64,000 bases of DNA, taken from the NCBI RefSeq assembly GCF_003704095.1, contig NW_020844152.1, forward strand, positions 62,001 to 126,000, given 5' to 3'. The notes beneath the pieces were generated by a model. It saw nothing but the letters and a program-made list of their open reading frames with translations. It did not search any database and was not told where the DNA came from. Positions 30,364 to 43,314 of the stretch are shown here, in pieces. Positions within the stretch are counted from its first letter, which is position 1; each line of letters begins with the position of its first letter. Both the position numbers and the translations under genes were made by a program. Origin of the DNA: Pocillopora damicornis. Lineage: Eukaryota.

Positions 30364-30966
30364 ACACTCTTTCAGGAAGAAGACCGCAGTGATTAGATTA
30401 CATTTAATTGTAAATTCCTCAAGAAGAAGTTTCTTTCAACAAACCTAAAACTAGCCTCTTTTTTTCCTTGCTTTGTCAAATATATTTAGCCCCTCAGCTG
30501 ACTGCTTATCAAGGGCCACTGAATTTAATGTAACTTGTTGAGCTAGATGGATTTATTTTTAGTAACCTCTCTGTTTCCTAGATTATGTTTTGAAAATTCA
30601 CATAGATATATGACTGAGAATTGGGTTGTACTGAAATTCTTTTATTTTGTCATTTGCAATTTCTGTGGTTTTCCTGACCTTCTGATTGTGTAAAAGGGTT
30701 GTTTATATTACCTCATTACAATGTACCTGACACCTTGATTAGGTGATATATATATATGTGGGGATTCCAGGAAATAAATTGTGGTTTAAATTGATTGCAA
30801 ACCAATGGTTAAACAAAGACAAAGGTTTCATTCTTTTTGCTGAACATGTCATCTTATAAATAACCCAAGATCCTTTAATCCAATGGATATACCAACCAAT
30901 AACTAAATTAAATGGTATTTTCCTTTTTCAAAGAGAAGGTAAATATGACATGACTGGATGAACGAA

Positions 30967-31680
30967 TCATTCATCATCTTCTGTTGGTTTCCGTTCACGC
31001 AATCCCTTGCGAACCTTGACCTTTCTTTTCACAAATGATCCTTCTTGTTTTTCTGTTGCAGAATCAGATACATTTTCTGTCTTCTCTGTGGAATCGTCGG
31101 AAGCTTCCTGGTCTTGCAAGTGATCAAGTTCGACCGAATCCTCGGAAGACCGAAATGGGTTTTCAGCTGAAGACAGTTGTGTTTTGGGAACTTTGGCCCG
31201 AGATCGTCCAACTACATATTCCGCCATAACGTTCACACCCTCCACAATCTGTGAGCGGGGAGGTGTTTCATCGACCTCCATTTTATGCTTAATGGCTGAT
31301 TTCGAGAACACATGTTTTTCAGTCATCTCCACATCGGACTCTGAATTTTCTTTTGGAGCATTTTCTTTCCTATTGCGGATCTCATCCATAAAAGAGAGAG
31401 CAGCGTGTCTATTTAGTGCATCACCAGACATTCCAGGAATCTTATCACTTCCATCTTCCTCCAGACTGTATTTGGTCCATTTCTCAGGGTGCAAAATATG
31501 ATCTGGCACACGTCTTGGCCGACTCGGCAGACGAGCGCCATGTGGTTTACGTTCGATTTCACTATCATCAGTTTTTTGTTCTGGTTCAAGCTTGTCTAGG
31601 CATCCAAATATGGAATTACTGCGACCCTGGAAATCACTATCCCCAGATATTCGTAGAAAATCTTCCTTTTTCTCCGCCAT
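30967..31680 (-). CDS. TSSC4: U5 snRNP chaperone TSSC4 (single exon)
   Basis: FQGRSNSIFGCL, VPDHILHPEKWTKYSL, NRHAALSF, MAEYVVG and VELDHL motifs. Confidence 0.9.
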   Translation of the reverse strand: MAEKKEDFLRISGDSDFQGRSNSIFGCLDKLEPEQKTDDSEIERKPHGARLPSRPRRVPDHILHPEKWTKYSLEEDGSDKIPGMSGDALNRHAALSFMDEIRNRKENAPKENSESDVEMTEKHVFSKSAIKHKMEVDETPPRSQIVEGVNVMAEYVVGRSRAKVPKTQLSSAENPFRSSEDSVELDHLQDQEASDDSTEKTENVSDSATEKQEGSFVKRKVKVRKGLRERKPTEDDE

Positions 31681-31838
31681 TACACTATCCTTGAGATCAC
31701 CGATCGCACGTCCTTTCCGCCATATTGGATTCCAGACCTCCTCGTTTTCCCTCGCTTGGAAACAACCGCCTCGTTCTTGAGTGTTTAGATGGCAACCAAA
31801 AATGACGGACAGAATTTAAAAATAGTTATAACACTAAC

Positions 31839-34800
31839 ATGACCGAAAGCTTTCCCTCCTTTAACGTTACTGCTGCGTTTCACTCGCAGCTCAACACTTT
31901 ATGCATCCGAGAATTTCCTTGTGGCTATGGAAGTTGGGTGAGCAGAAATTTGAAATTGTATTGGGCTTAAAAATAACATGACACTCTGTTTCTAAATTGA
32001 TAGATTGCACATTTTGTAGAGAAATGTTTGCGTGAAGATATGATCTGAGACTAAACTATTTGTTTCATTTTGATATAAGAGAGCGCCTAATGTTAGCAGT
32101 AATATAAGTTTGAAGAGCACTGGTATACTGAAGGGCACAAGATCATCTGCAACAGTACCAGCCATTTTAGCAGGTAATTAGCTACGAAGTAAGTACGTGT
32201 AAGAGATTTTGCAAACTTGGTAGGGAAATTTGGGGCCGAGAAATCAACAATTTTTCTACTGGAAAGTCCTCTTGTCCCAAATCTTTACCATTGCCAGCAT
32301 AATTCATATAGTTCATGTACTTCTTTTGAACAGAAGGATATTCTTTATACATGGCTGCTAAAATAGATCAACTGTCTACATAATTATGTACATGTACGTA
32401 CCAAACTGTTGGTTTTCTTGACTCTCTCTTAAACATGAACTTCTGAAATCCCTTTCCTCTTTTTAATACATATACCTCCAAAATACTTTTTCTTTCAAGC
32501 TACATTTTCATTAATTGCATCAATGGAAGGCACTGTAACGCGTACGTCAAAATCGTAATTGCAGAAACAACTTCAGTACATTTTTAACAATTCCAGCCAG
32601 TTTCACTATAAACTAAAATAGTTAGATTTTGTTTTTTTCTATGTAGGATGAACTGTCCCCATTCGGAGATTTCATCACTGCTTTATAGTAGGCACAAGCA
32701 ATAAATGAAGGGGGCAAGTTTTTAGAGAAACTGTGGAGTTGCGTCAGTGGGAGATGTTACACAGGGTAATTTAGTGCTATCAACCCAGTTGATAATGCAA
32801 ATTGGCCACCGTAAAGATTTCAAAAGCGGATGCTTTGAGCATTAGCAATTCAATCGCTCTGACAAAGGGCTAATGCTTGAAACATCAACTTTTAAACTCT
32901 TTACAGTGGTGAATATATATTACCAACTCATTTGATAATACTAAATCACCCTGTTCTACAAGAAATAAATACTGACATTCATTCCTTAATTAATTTATAT
33001 GCCTATAAATGAAAAAATTCACTTATTCATTCAGAAAAAAAGTAGAGGTCCTGTATCTTGCAATTATTTCTTTTTTTTCCTGTTCCTTGATAGAAAACAG
33101 TGCTCAGTTGGAGACAGTTGAAAGTCTTCAAGAGCTGGCTGTAAAGAGTCCTTATGGTGTGGACTGTACATGGAGCAGTGAAGCTGAGAGTTTGCGTGAA
33201 ATTGCTGTCAAGACACCAGATAAACTTACAGAAGCCTTTATTCTGAAATTCTTTAAGTCCCTTAGAATTGTTGATAAAAAGGTGGTTACATCATGTCTTG
33301 TCATTTAATTTACCAATACCTGTCAACTTGATAATGAAAATGAAATTAAAACAATTTTTTTGAATATCCAGTGTAAGTACTGCCTGTTTTCTACTGATAA
33401 TTTACTTTTATTGAATGATCAAAGCCACTGCTAAGATCAGCTCTGTAGTAATAGACAATTTATGTTTTTTTTTAGAGAAAATTTCATTTGATTACTAGTA
33501 ATATTTTAGTAGTGTTTTTAAGCCAAAAAATCATTGCTGGTCAATTTCCATTCATAAGTCATACTGTGTCTATTTAATCAGGTCACTGAAATTGATGATG
33601 GTCTTCTTCAACTGAGAAATCTAAAACAACTTACCTTGAGTGCAAATTTAATCAGGAATATTGATTCAAAGAGACTTCCAAAGGGATTAGAGGTATGTTC
33701 CTTATATTCACCTCATAATGATTAAGAAATATGGTTAAATATAAGAAACCAAAAAATATTCTCTATTTTTACCATTCTACTTTATCTCTAAGTTTAAAAC
33801 TGATGAAAAAATGAAGAACATCATGAAAGCTAAAGGTCTGTGGAAGTTGAGGATGTCGTAACAGTGTAATTTTTACTTAATAAATTGAAATCGAGAGCCT
33901 AAAATTCATACTATTCACTGTTTTCTATTTCCAGGAGTTGGAACTTGCAGCCAATCAAATCTCAGACATCAGTCCTTTGTGTGTATCCCCCCCACCCCTT
34001 ATCCATCTGGGAATCAGCTACAATCTGATTTCTTCTATCACAGGACGTATGAAAGCAAATTCATGGTACTTATCACAACATTTTCACATCTAACTATATT
34101 AGATACTGGACAAACTCTTTACCCAATGGTTATCAATCTCTTCGCAAACTAATACTGGCTTCATGCTCTCGCTTGAAGCCACTCTCACTTTAAAAACAAG
34201 TAAATCACAACCTTGTCCACATCTGTCCTAATTATTAGTTTACTGAACTTAGGAATAAGGTACATGTTCATTCCCCAGCTGGATCATTGTGGTTCTTGGT
34301 TAGGAAACCTGACCCTGACAAGTGCCTTTTTTTCACCCAGGGGGAACACATCAATATATATTTAAAAAAAGAATTTTTGTACATGACTCTAGGAATTTTG
34401 AAAGTTACTCAATTCATATTTAGTCTATGTGGTCATCAGATGAAAACTACAGATAAACTGCTTTTAAAAGATAATTAAAACTTTTTTTTCTTGATTTCCT
34501 ATTTAGGCCACAACTCTTATCTCTGGATTTAAGCTTCAATAATCTTGCAGATTTATACAACACCATCAATGTACTCAAAACTCTACCAAAACTGAAGAAC
34601 CTTGTTCTTCAAGGAAATCCTTTAGCAGTAAGTTTTCAAATATTTGCTATTCTACCTTCCCTGGGTATGACTCTTGTAGAACAGCATTTTGAGAAAAAAA
34701 AATTGATGTATTTCATTGCTAGGTATATTTTTATAAAATTTTGCCATCAATTTGTTAACATTGGCACGTAAGAGGCATTTTGATTTTAAATCAGAAGGGT

Positions 34801-37800
34801 CCTTAGGAGAGACAAGCTTCAAGTTATCAGGAAAACACAGTTCTCTGGGTTGAACTTACACAGCTGCTTAGCAGATGATGGTGTCATTTGATTTTCAATT
34901 GTTTCCTAAACTAAGTGTCTTGCATTAATTTTTGCAGCTTGTGCCAGGTTACCGTGGTTACACAATCGACTCCATTCGTCAACTGACAATTCTGGATGAT
35001 ATCAGAATATCAGCTGATGAAAAGCATTTTTTTAAGGGGCTCTCAAAACTGAAAGGTAGGCCTCTGTTTCTCTCCATTTGAAAGGTATGGATCATTAAAT
35101 TTTAGAAGTATTACCATAAGTGATAGTATTAAAAGTAAAGTAACATCAAGCATATGGCATTAGGTAAATCTTAAGAATACTCATTGATCTTTTTCAGATG
35201 TTCCAGTTGATGATGCTCAGATACTGGTGTCCATTAAGAACATTAAAGGTGTTAAAATACCTCCAGAGATTGAGGTCAGTTTAAACTGACTGCTATTACT
35301 ACTGGTTGGAGAGGGTGTATTGAATAAGATTGCTCTATACTGAAAAGTTTAGGGTTTGAACCCAGACCTTCTCAACTTCAAGGCCAGCTCACTTATCACC
35401 CAATGATTTTACTTCCTCCAGATCAAAATACATTTTTAATCCTTTAACCCCCATTATCATAAAACTTCACCTTGTGGTTTGAATTTGTTATCTTGGAAAA
35501 TGTTACAAAAACAGACAAGGTTATCAACTAGAAGGTGACCACAAAAATTGTTTTGTGATATTGAGCATCTTTTTTAAGTTGACATGCTGGTATTAATTTG
35601 TTTTAAAATGGGGGTTTAGTGCAAGACACTCTATCAGTTAGGAACAGCTATTGTGTAACCAGTGCTACTACCATTACATTTCAAATGACTTTTGTTCTAC
35701 AGGATCCTGAAATAAATACAGACTACCCCAAGACTGAACACAAATATCATGTAGAATTCCAATTCCTTAAAAGTGCACCCACAACTGGGTTGTGTGAATC
35801 ACCTGCCCTGTCAGTACCAACCATCTCCATCACTGCAGATGATGCACAGAGCGAAGTCCAGGAAGAAGGTACAGTTGAAGAAAATGAACCTAATGAAAAC
35901 TCTGGTAAGTTAGTTTGTTGATAATTATAGTTAAACTGGAATGTTTTTAATTTGGATCATAGCTCTAATGGTCCATGAGTCAATGACTTGCCAACATTGA
36001 CAAGTTTTTTCTCCTTACTTGGCTGTATTAGTAATTGCTTCTCTCTCTCCCCACCCTCAGTACAATATTGATTTTTCTCTATCTGATGTAACAGTTGTGG
36101 CTGTTCAGTACTGTTTTTTTCCTCAGTGAGGGTACCCAGTTCTTTTGCCTCTGATGGTAAGATTAGGTTATTGATCTTGCATGGGAATTTATTTTACACA
36201 AAAATAGGCAACATAACTGATGATCCTTTGCAACCTAACCTATTACTGCTCCCTAAATATTAATCTCTCAAAATTAATTCACTTGAATGTCAGAAGTTGG
36301 AAGCAGTTCTATGCCAGAGAATCATCCCATGGTTGATATATGGAGCAATGGGCAGAAATGCTGAATCTTAATGCAATTTACAGGCATTCTAATGATGTTT
36401 TTCTTTGCATTAATTCATTATCAATAATATATTATTCCTTACAGGTTTGTTCCAATCAGTAGCAACAACAAGTTTACCATGGAATGAGGACTGTATAGAA
36501 CTTGACTACAGCAAGAAGTTCCACACTCGTTTGTTGGTCCCATTGAGAGACTTCATTAAAGATGGAATAACTTTCACTGTTGTTAAAACCAAACACATGT
36601 ATGTTGTGGAGGACCCTAATGCAACAGCACAGAGTGAAGAAACCAAGCTACCAGCTTCAGCCAAAAGTAAGATAACACACTTCTTTGTGGTGCTACTACC
36701 GTGAAAAAATTTGCACTTCTCAATCTCTCTTGATTTCCAATGCTATTTTCAGCTAAGAGGCAAAATGCAAATTATTACAACTCAATTTAAAAAAAGGAAG
36801 CCTGTTGAGGCAGTGCTCTGGATGCTGGTGTGAGGTTTTCATGGCAACATGCTCTAATGTGCTCTTTTTTTGTGAGTGGCATATATATAACTTCAAAATC
36901 AAGTTGTTGTTAGGAAGATTTATCACTCAAACCCATCAGTATTAAACAAACTTAACTTAGTAATGAATTATCACAATGTATGAGTATTTTGGATAATAGT
37001 CAAACAAATATTTTCTCTCCTTTCTACCCAGGTCGACCAGGAAGTAAAATGCAGAAAGTTCCCAGCAAGGAGAAGAGAAAAGAGTCAGCAAAACCAAAAG
37101 AGAAGGTTTGTAATTCAATCAACTATTCCTCAGAAAAAATTTCATAACTAAGGAAAGAAGTTTTTCCTTCAAGGTTGTGTGTGCTTTCCATATTTAGTTT
37201 GATTATCCTCCATTGGAATATTGGTTATGTTCTGATGTGTGAACCTGAAAAGCTGACTTTCAATGGGAATTCAAAGCCTCTTTTTTAACCTTTTAACTCC
37301 TAAGATCTCTTGAGTAATTCTCCTTACTGCCTGCTTTACAATTAATATGGTGTTAGTTTGAAGAATTTGGAATTGGATCTACCAATAATCCCCCGATTGA
37401 AATTTTTCTCTATTCTCATAACTTGTCTGATTGATATTGTACTGATAGTGTAAGGAGAAATTCTCTCTGGGTCACAAGTGGGACTTAAAGGATTAACGCA
37501 AATGTGAATGTTTATGGGACGAGTGCCTGAATTAAATCTTCCAAACAACACAATGTAAATTTTTAATTTAAATTTCCAGGCCAAGGATGGAAAAGGCAAG
37601 AAAAATAAACAGGAAGATATTGAGTTATTTGAGCTTCCAAGAACTCGCTACATACTGGGATCTTGTCAAGTTCCACTGAATTCTTTACTGGAAGGAGAAC
37701 TGGAAGTGGAAACAGAGAGTGTATGTGAAGGGGGAGAGGAGACCGGAGATAGTGATAGAAAAGATGCAGGATCTGGTTCCAAGTCTGATGTTAGTGACAA

Positions 37801-38288
37801 GAAGAGGCAGAGCAAAGGTTAGCTAAAACTTGGTGTGTGGTGGTTTTCAGTGATATGTAGTGGCCTAAAGGTTAGTGTGCATGAGTCCAGATTAAGAACT
37901 CTAGGTAGAGCCCTGACATGGTCCCTTTGTTGTGTTCCTGGGCAAGACACTTTACTTTCATATTGCCTCTGGTTTTGTTATAAATATGACTTGTGAGAAA
38001 GTGAGTTTATTTTTCTCTTTAGATTCTACTGATAAGCCATCAAAAGGGAACCAACGTGCAGGTACTCCAGGAAAAGCAAAAGGCGGCCAAGGAAGGTCAA
38101 GTAAAGATGATAAAAAAACAAAAGAAAAAGATAAACAGGAGGAAAACGTGGAAGGTGAGGAAGAATCAACTTCTCCACCACCATTGACAATACAAGTGCA
38201 GATCAAACTTCATTACTGGAAATCTGCCAGGGAAGCTGCACAAGAGTTTTTACCACAAGGCATCCCTTCTCACACAGAACAAAACTAA
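31839..38288 (+). CDS. LRRC43: Leucine-rich repeat protein 43 (ciliary)
   Basis: Exon 1 contains [13 protein letters not shown], which resembles my recollection of the LRRC43 N-terminus. LRR exons ([37 protein letters not shown]), LRR cap ([10 protein letters not shown]), Lys-rich C-terminus ending at TAA 38288. Confidence 0.82.
32764..32951. mobile_element. Palindromic copy of the hammerhead-bearing repeat family
   Basis: Arms GGGTAATTTAGTGCTATCAAC...GGCCACCGTAAAG and CTTTACAGTGG...GATAATACTAAATCACCC flank the core GCT-CTGACAAA-GGGC-TAAT-GCTT-GAAA-CATC. Confidence 0.7.
37285..37496. mobile_element. TTAA-type MITE (second subfamily)
   Basis: TTAACCTTTTAACTCCTAAGATCTC ... GGGACTTAAAGGATTAA. 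Confidence 0.75.
37857..37972 (+). mobile_element. tRNA-derived SINE 5' fragment
   Basis: A-box-like GTGGCCTAAAGGTTAG followed by TGTGTTCCTGGGCAAGACACTTTACT, a typical SINE core segment. Confidence 0.55.
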
Positions 38289-38866
38289 GGTCACCTCCTT
38301 GTACCCCACCAAAGGAAAGAATCATTAACAATTAATTTAATTAAAAATGTATTTAATTTTTTACACCCAACTGTTCAATAGTTGTATTTTTCATTATATC
38401 AACACAGAATTGTGAAGCACATGTCTAAAAGTGTAGGTTTTGTACATAAAACTATCTCAACTTCGTTTTGTTTTATAAATAAATTACTGCCCTCCATGTT
38501 ATCAGATGCTACTCCATCACTTTCATGAGCCTTGTTTACCAGAGTCAAGAATAGAAAAGAATGAAAGAATTAAAATTCTGAAATGTACAATGACTTAAAT
38601 TTTCATAAAGTTGATGCTTTTAAACTTACTTTGGGAAACATTTTGTGAAGTTTGAGAAGTGTTATGTACAGTTCTGATTGCTGGCCAATGATTATTGCAG
38701 TGCTTATCAAACAAAGACTTGCACAACTCATCAGCACCATCACCAGATTGAATGGGCTAATAATGTTTCTGAAAATCCTTGGTCTATTCCAGTTCATTGA
38801 TGTTAACTGCCAGAATACTATTGTTATCAACCAGCAAATCTCTATTTTATATTCTATTTTACTTTA

Positions 38867-41800
38867 TCATTGCTCATATTCTTTTAAAAGTCTTGCAGCA
38901 ATGACAATTCTTTGCACTTCACTTGTTCCTTCATAAATCTCTGTGATTCTTGCATCGCGATAATGCCTCTCAGCAGGCATATCAGTAACATAACCCATAC
39001 CGCCAAGGACTTGAATGCACTGGAGACAAAAACATCAAATGATCATCTTTGCTTCAGGTTGCAACCATCCAGAATTATGTGTACTATACAATTGGAGATT
39101 TTTTTTTCCAACGTAAACTGCACTTGTTGACATTTCAAATACCTCCCCAATGAAAACACACCAAAAAATAAGCATAGTGCAGAAAAGTTAGGCTGTTATT
39201 TAAGGAAACCATCACTAAGGGTATATAAGATTGACAAAAGACTTAATTGTGATGATGTTCATTACAAAACTTTTATGGGGATTAACCTTATGCTGAGAAT
39301 TTAATGCATTCTGTACTGAAAGGGTCTATGGAGTCAAACAAAATATGAAAAACAAGTGGTTTTGCTTTTTGTTTTGTCTGACAATACAACAAAACCCAGT
39401 GTGATTGAAGCTATGAATAAAAATCAATGTGAGCTAATACTTCAAGTTGAGTTATTAATTATTTAAAGGATATTGAAAAGTGTATGGAAAAAATAAAAAA
39501 TACCTGATGAGAAATGTAAGTAGCAGCTTCAGATGCTGCAAGTTTTGCCATTGCTGCCTCCTGAGAAACAATTTTCATGATTACAGTTACTGCAAGGTTG
39601 AACCATTGTGTTAATCCTTACCAGCATCAGACCATAAGGGTCCAAGGCTTAAATCTTTGTTTTTACCAAAAAACGATTTAAAAATTGACCCATCTTGATA
39701 TGTTTATCAAGCACACCTTAGTGAAGTTTTCTCCTGCATCTTTTAGCATTGCTGCTTTCCAAGTCAGAAGTCTAGCACTGTCTAACTTTACCTCCATATC
39801 AGCTAGCTTCATCTAGAGAATACAGTAATTAAAAAAAGACAGGAAATTTGTGTTACAGAGATGTACTAAATGTAATTCTGTCTGTTTAAATATTATAACT
39901 ACATCTATTGATACTCGAGTTTTAGTATGGCTATCAAAATGATCTGTTTTCCTTAAAATACCAGTAATTACCTGAATTCCCTGTAAACTTGCAATTGGCT
40001 GTCCAAAGGCACTCCTTTTTTGAGCATAGTCAATTGCACATTCTAATGCAGCCTAAAAAACCAGATAAGTTCTTTGATCAGTGCCAAGACAATTGCTTTA
40101 ATTACCGTATGTTACTTAATGTTATAAACTTTTCATGCCATACTATACAGACAGCAAATTCCAAGCTTAAAACTCTGATTGAGTCGTCAGCATCTTCATT
40201 TAATTAGTTACTCTATTACCTATCATGAAAACAAAAACTATGCATGCTAGGTAAGTGATATACATGTGCAGTATTATTACCTGGGCTATTCCTAATGCTT
40301 GCCCTGCAATACCAATACGACCTGCATCAAGTGTGGCCTAAAATTGAACACATACATGTCTAAAATGTGTATTGACTTATATATATATATATATATATAT
40401 AACACTTTCTGTGCAGAAAACTGTTTTAACCCCCATAACACCCTACTATAAGTATTCATATTATCACTGATTTCTCTATATTTCCTATGGTGATGATATG
40501 GAAAATTTGTTTGACAACCATGAGTTTCTTAAATTGGTGGTTATTTCCATTAATCTCAGGACATATACATTTAACATAAGGGTGATACTGCACGGAGAAG
40601 TTCGAAGCCAGTCACTCTTAGGGGTTAAAGGTAAAGAAATGGGTGGGAGTACATTCTTAGATTGCCAAATTTAAGAGCGAGTCCTAGAAAAAGGTTTGGT
40701 AAATATTTTACTGCCTTTGGTCTGTCTCTAGATATTTCAAGATAACTGAACAATAAGGGCACATACTTTTGGATCAAAAAAGTTCGTTGAATTTTCCATT
40801 ACAAATAAAATATTGTATCTTTTACATTAAATATTATATAAGCAAACAAAAATCAAATTCTTGAATTAGAAGAACATTCTAACCATTGCTATCTTGAATC
40901 CTGCTCCAAGTTCTCCAAGAAGATTTTCCTTTGGAATGAGGCAGTTTTCAAAAATAAGTAAACAAGTAGAAGAGGCTCTTATTCCCAACTTGTCCTCTTT
41001 CTTTCCAAGACTCAGCCCCTCAGTAGGTTTGGGTACAATGAATGCACTGATTCCCTTGTGTTTCTTTGATCTATCTGTTGTGGCAAACACTACTGCTGCT
41101 TCAGATTCATAACCATTAGTGATCCAGGCCTTTGTTCCATTTAAAACCCAATGATCTCCTTCTAAGTAGGCAGTGGTCTTAGCAGCACCAGCATCACTAC
41201 CATTGTCTGGAAATGCAATCAAGACAAAACTTAGTTATCTGAGTCCAACAAATTCCAAAGAGTTAATGGTTTGAACCCAGGGGTAACATGTGATACTGTA
41301 GTCTGGTCATCCAGGTGAGTGTAGTCCTGAAAAGGACTGTTGTTTGTAGTGGTGACTGACATTCAACAACCTGAGCAGTATTCATCATCAGAGTCAAGTA
41401 AGTGATTATGACTTCCACTCAGGTGGTCTACAGTTCCTCTCATATTAACCACACCCACCCGAACAATCATGTGATCCCAAACTATTACTTACCACTCACA
41501 AATAAATACTATACCATGGTGAGTGCCTATCTTGCTGTTCTAACCAGTTGTTGCTTCCCATGGAATATAACAATAAAGAGAGTTTTCTGAGAGTGTGAAA
41601 CATTTTGATTAAAGGAACATTACAGTTATTTCACACATTCATTAATTCTTAAAATAAATACCTGGTTCACTGAGAGCAAAACAGCCAACTCTTTCTCCAG
41701 AGCAGAAAGGTGTAATCCACTTCTTCTTTTGTTCCTCTGTCCCATATTTAAGAATAGGACCCAGATAAAGGGACTGAAAAATAACAAACCACAATTGATT

Positions 41801-43152
41801 TCCCTTTAGCTTTCATTAAAATACTGTGATACAATTCACCAGATGAAACAAGAATTCTAACTTAATAAAACTGTTAACACATTGTCAGTTATTCTAGTTG
41901 TGATGTGACTGTTACTAGTAATTTCCAAGGTTGTGATGTCAATGTGATAGTTCCCATCAATTTTATCCAACAAAAAAAAATTATAAACATTGCCAACTTG
42001 ATTAAAACCCCATCTCTCAATCCAGAGTAAATTGCACTCTTTGCATAATTATATAACCTATGGATGATATAACTGGCCCAAAAATACCTTGTTTTACACA
42101 TTACGTATCATACATACATTATTCACACTCATGATAACCCCTGTGGATGCACAGCCACGACTGATCTCCTCCATTGCTATAGAATACGCCAGATAATCCA
42201 GTCCTGACCCTCCTAATGATTCAGGAACTTCCATTGAGAGAAGACCAAGTTCCCCAATCTGTTTGACCTATGAAAGAGAGATTTAATGGTAAGTGGACAA
42301 ATCTTATTGCACTATTATTTTTAGAGCCATGGTTTCATATCTTATTTAAAGTTGGGCAGGAGAGAGGAGGGGATAGGAGTAAGGAAAGTGGGAGGGGGTG
42401 GGGGAGGGGGAGGGGAGAGGGAGTGTGGGGGGGGGAGGAATGATACTATGCAGAGTTTCCAATTGCCTGACTGAATACAAAAAATTAAAATATGGTACTA
42501 ATGTGGCAACAGTTTGGTGAGACATGTCCCTCCTACATACCTCTTCTTATGTACAATTTACATAATTGACCACTAATAAGTCTAATTATGTAACTCACGC
42601 AATCTGTTACGCAACCATCTCATGAGTTAAAACCAAGAAAATGTGCATTTTCATCCAAAGCAAAGTTCAAATTATGGTGGCAAAAGACAGATTTTCGCAT
42701 GAATTCTTCAAATAGTAGCCTCATACCTTTACGGTCTTTACTTAACGAGGTCTTCAAAGGAAAAAAATTTAAATTTCATTTCCGTGACGTATGGTGCAAT
42801 GCCAAACTACAGTTTGCATCGTACACCATTAAGAGTTGATGTTTAAAATTAAAATTGAATTTCCTTTATAAATTCAAGATAAAAAAATAGACATTTCAAA
42901 TAACTCTACCTGTTCTGTAGGGTATCTATGATCTTTATCCAGATTACCGGCAATGGGTATAAGTTCGTTGTCTGCAAAATCTCGACAAGTTTTTCTCAAC
43001 ATTTCATGCGTTTCGGGAAGTCGAGCAAGACTGGCCACATGTCTTCTCAGTGGTATACATTTATCAATTCTCGACCTCGGTAAAAGGCCGTAAAAAGAAC
43101 TTTTGGAAGAGATAAGAGAAGAGAACAGTTTTCGAGACATCTTCGTCGCCAT
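38867..43152 (-). CDS. ACADS: Short-chain acyl-CoA dehydrogenase, mitochondrial
   Basis: Nine exons. [93 protein letters not shown]; stop TGA 38869-38867. Confidence 0.95.
40379..40401. repeat. (AT)n microsatellite
   Basis: Perfect AT run. Confidence 0.9.
40426..40634. mobile_element. Degenerate TTAA-type MITE (third subfamily)
   Basis: TTAACCCCCATAACACCC ... CAGTCACTCTTAGGGGTTAAAGG; related to 56572-56768 and to 44430-44637 in reverse orientation. Confidence 0.65.
41296..41470 (-). mobile_element. Second hammerhead-bearing (Penelope-like) repeat, degenerate
   Basis: The reverse strand at 41396-41353 reads TGACT-CTGATGA-...-GAAT-GTC-AGTCA: 5-bp stem I, intact CUGAUGA, decayed GAAA. Confidence 0.55.
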
Positions 43153-43314
43153 CTTTGTTGACCTTTGGAACCAGGCCGTATAGGTATGTTATGCGTGGAT
43201 GTGATGTAAGAAACCATCATATGAAGTGCATTGAAGTTGTGTCTGTCTCCTTTCTCTTCCGATCCATTGCTTACTGCGTCGTCCAATAAGGTTTGCTGAG
43301 AATTAGGGAGCAGC

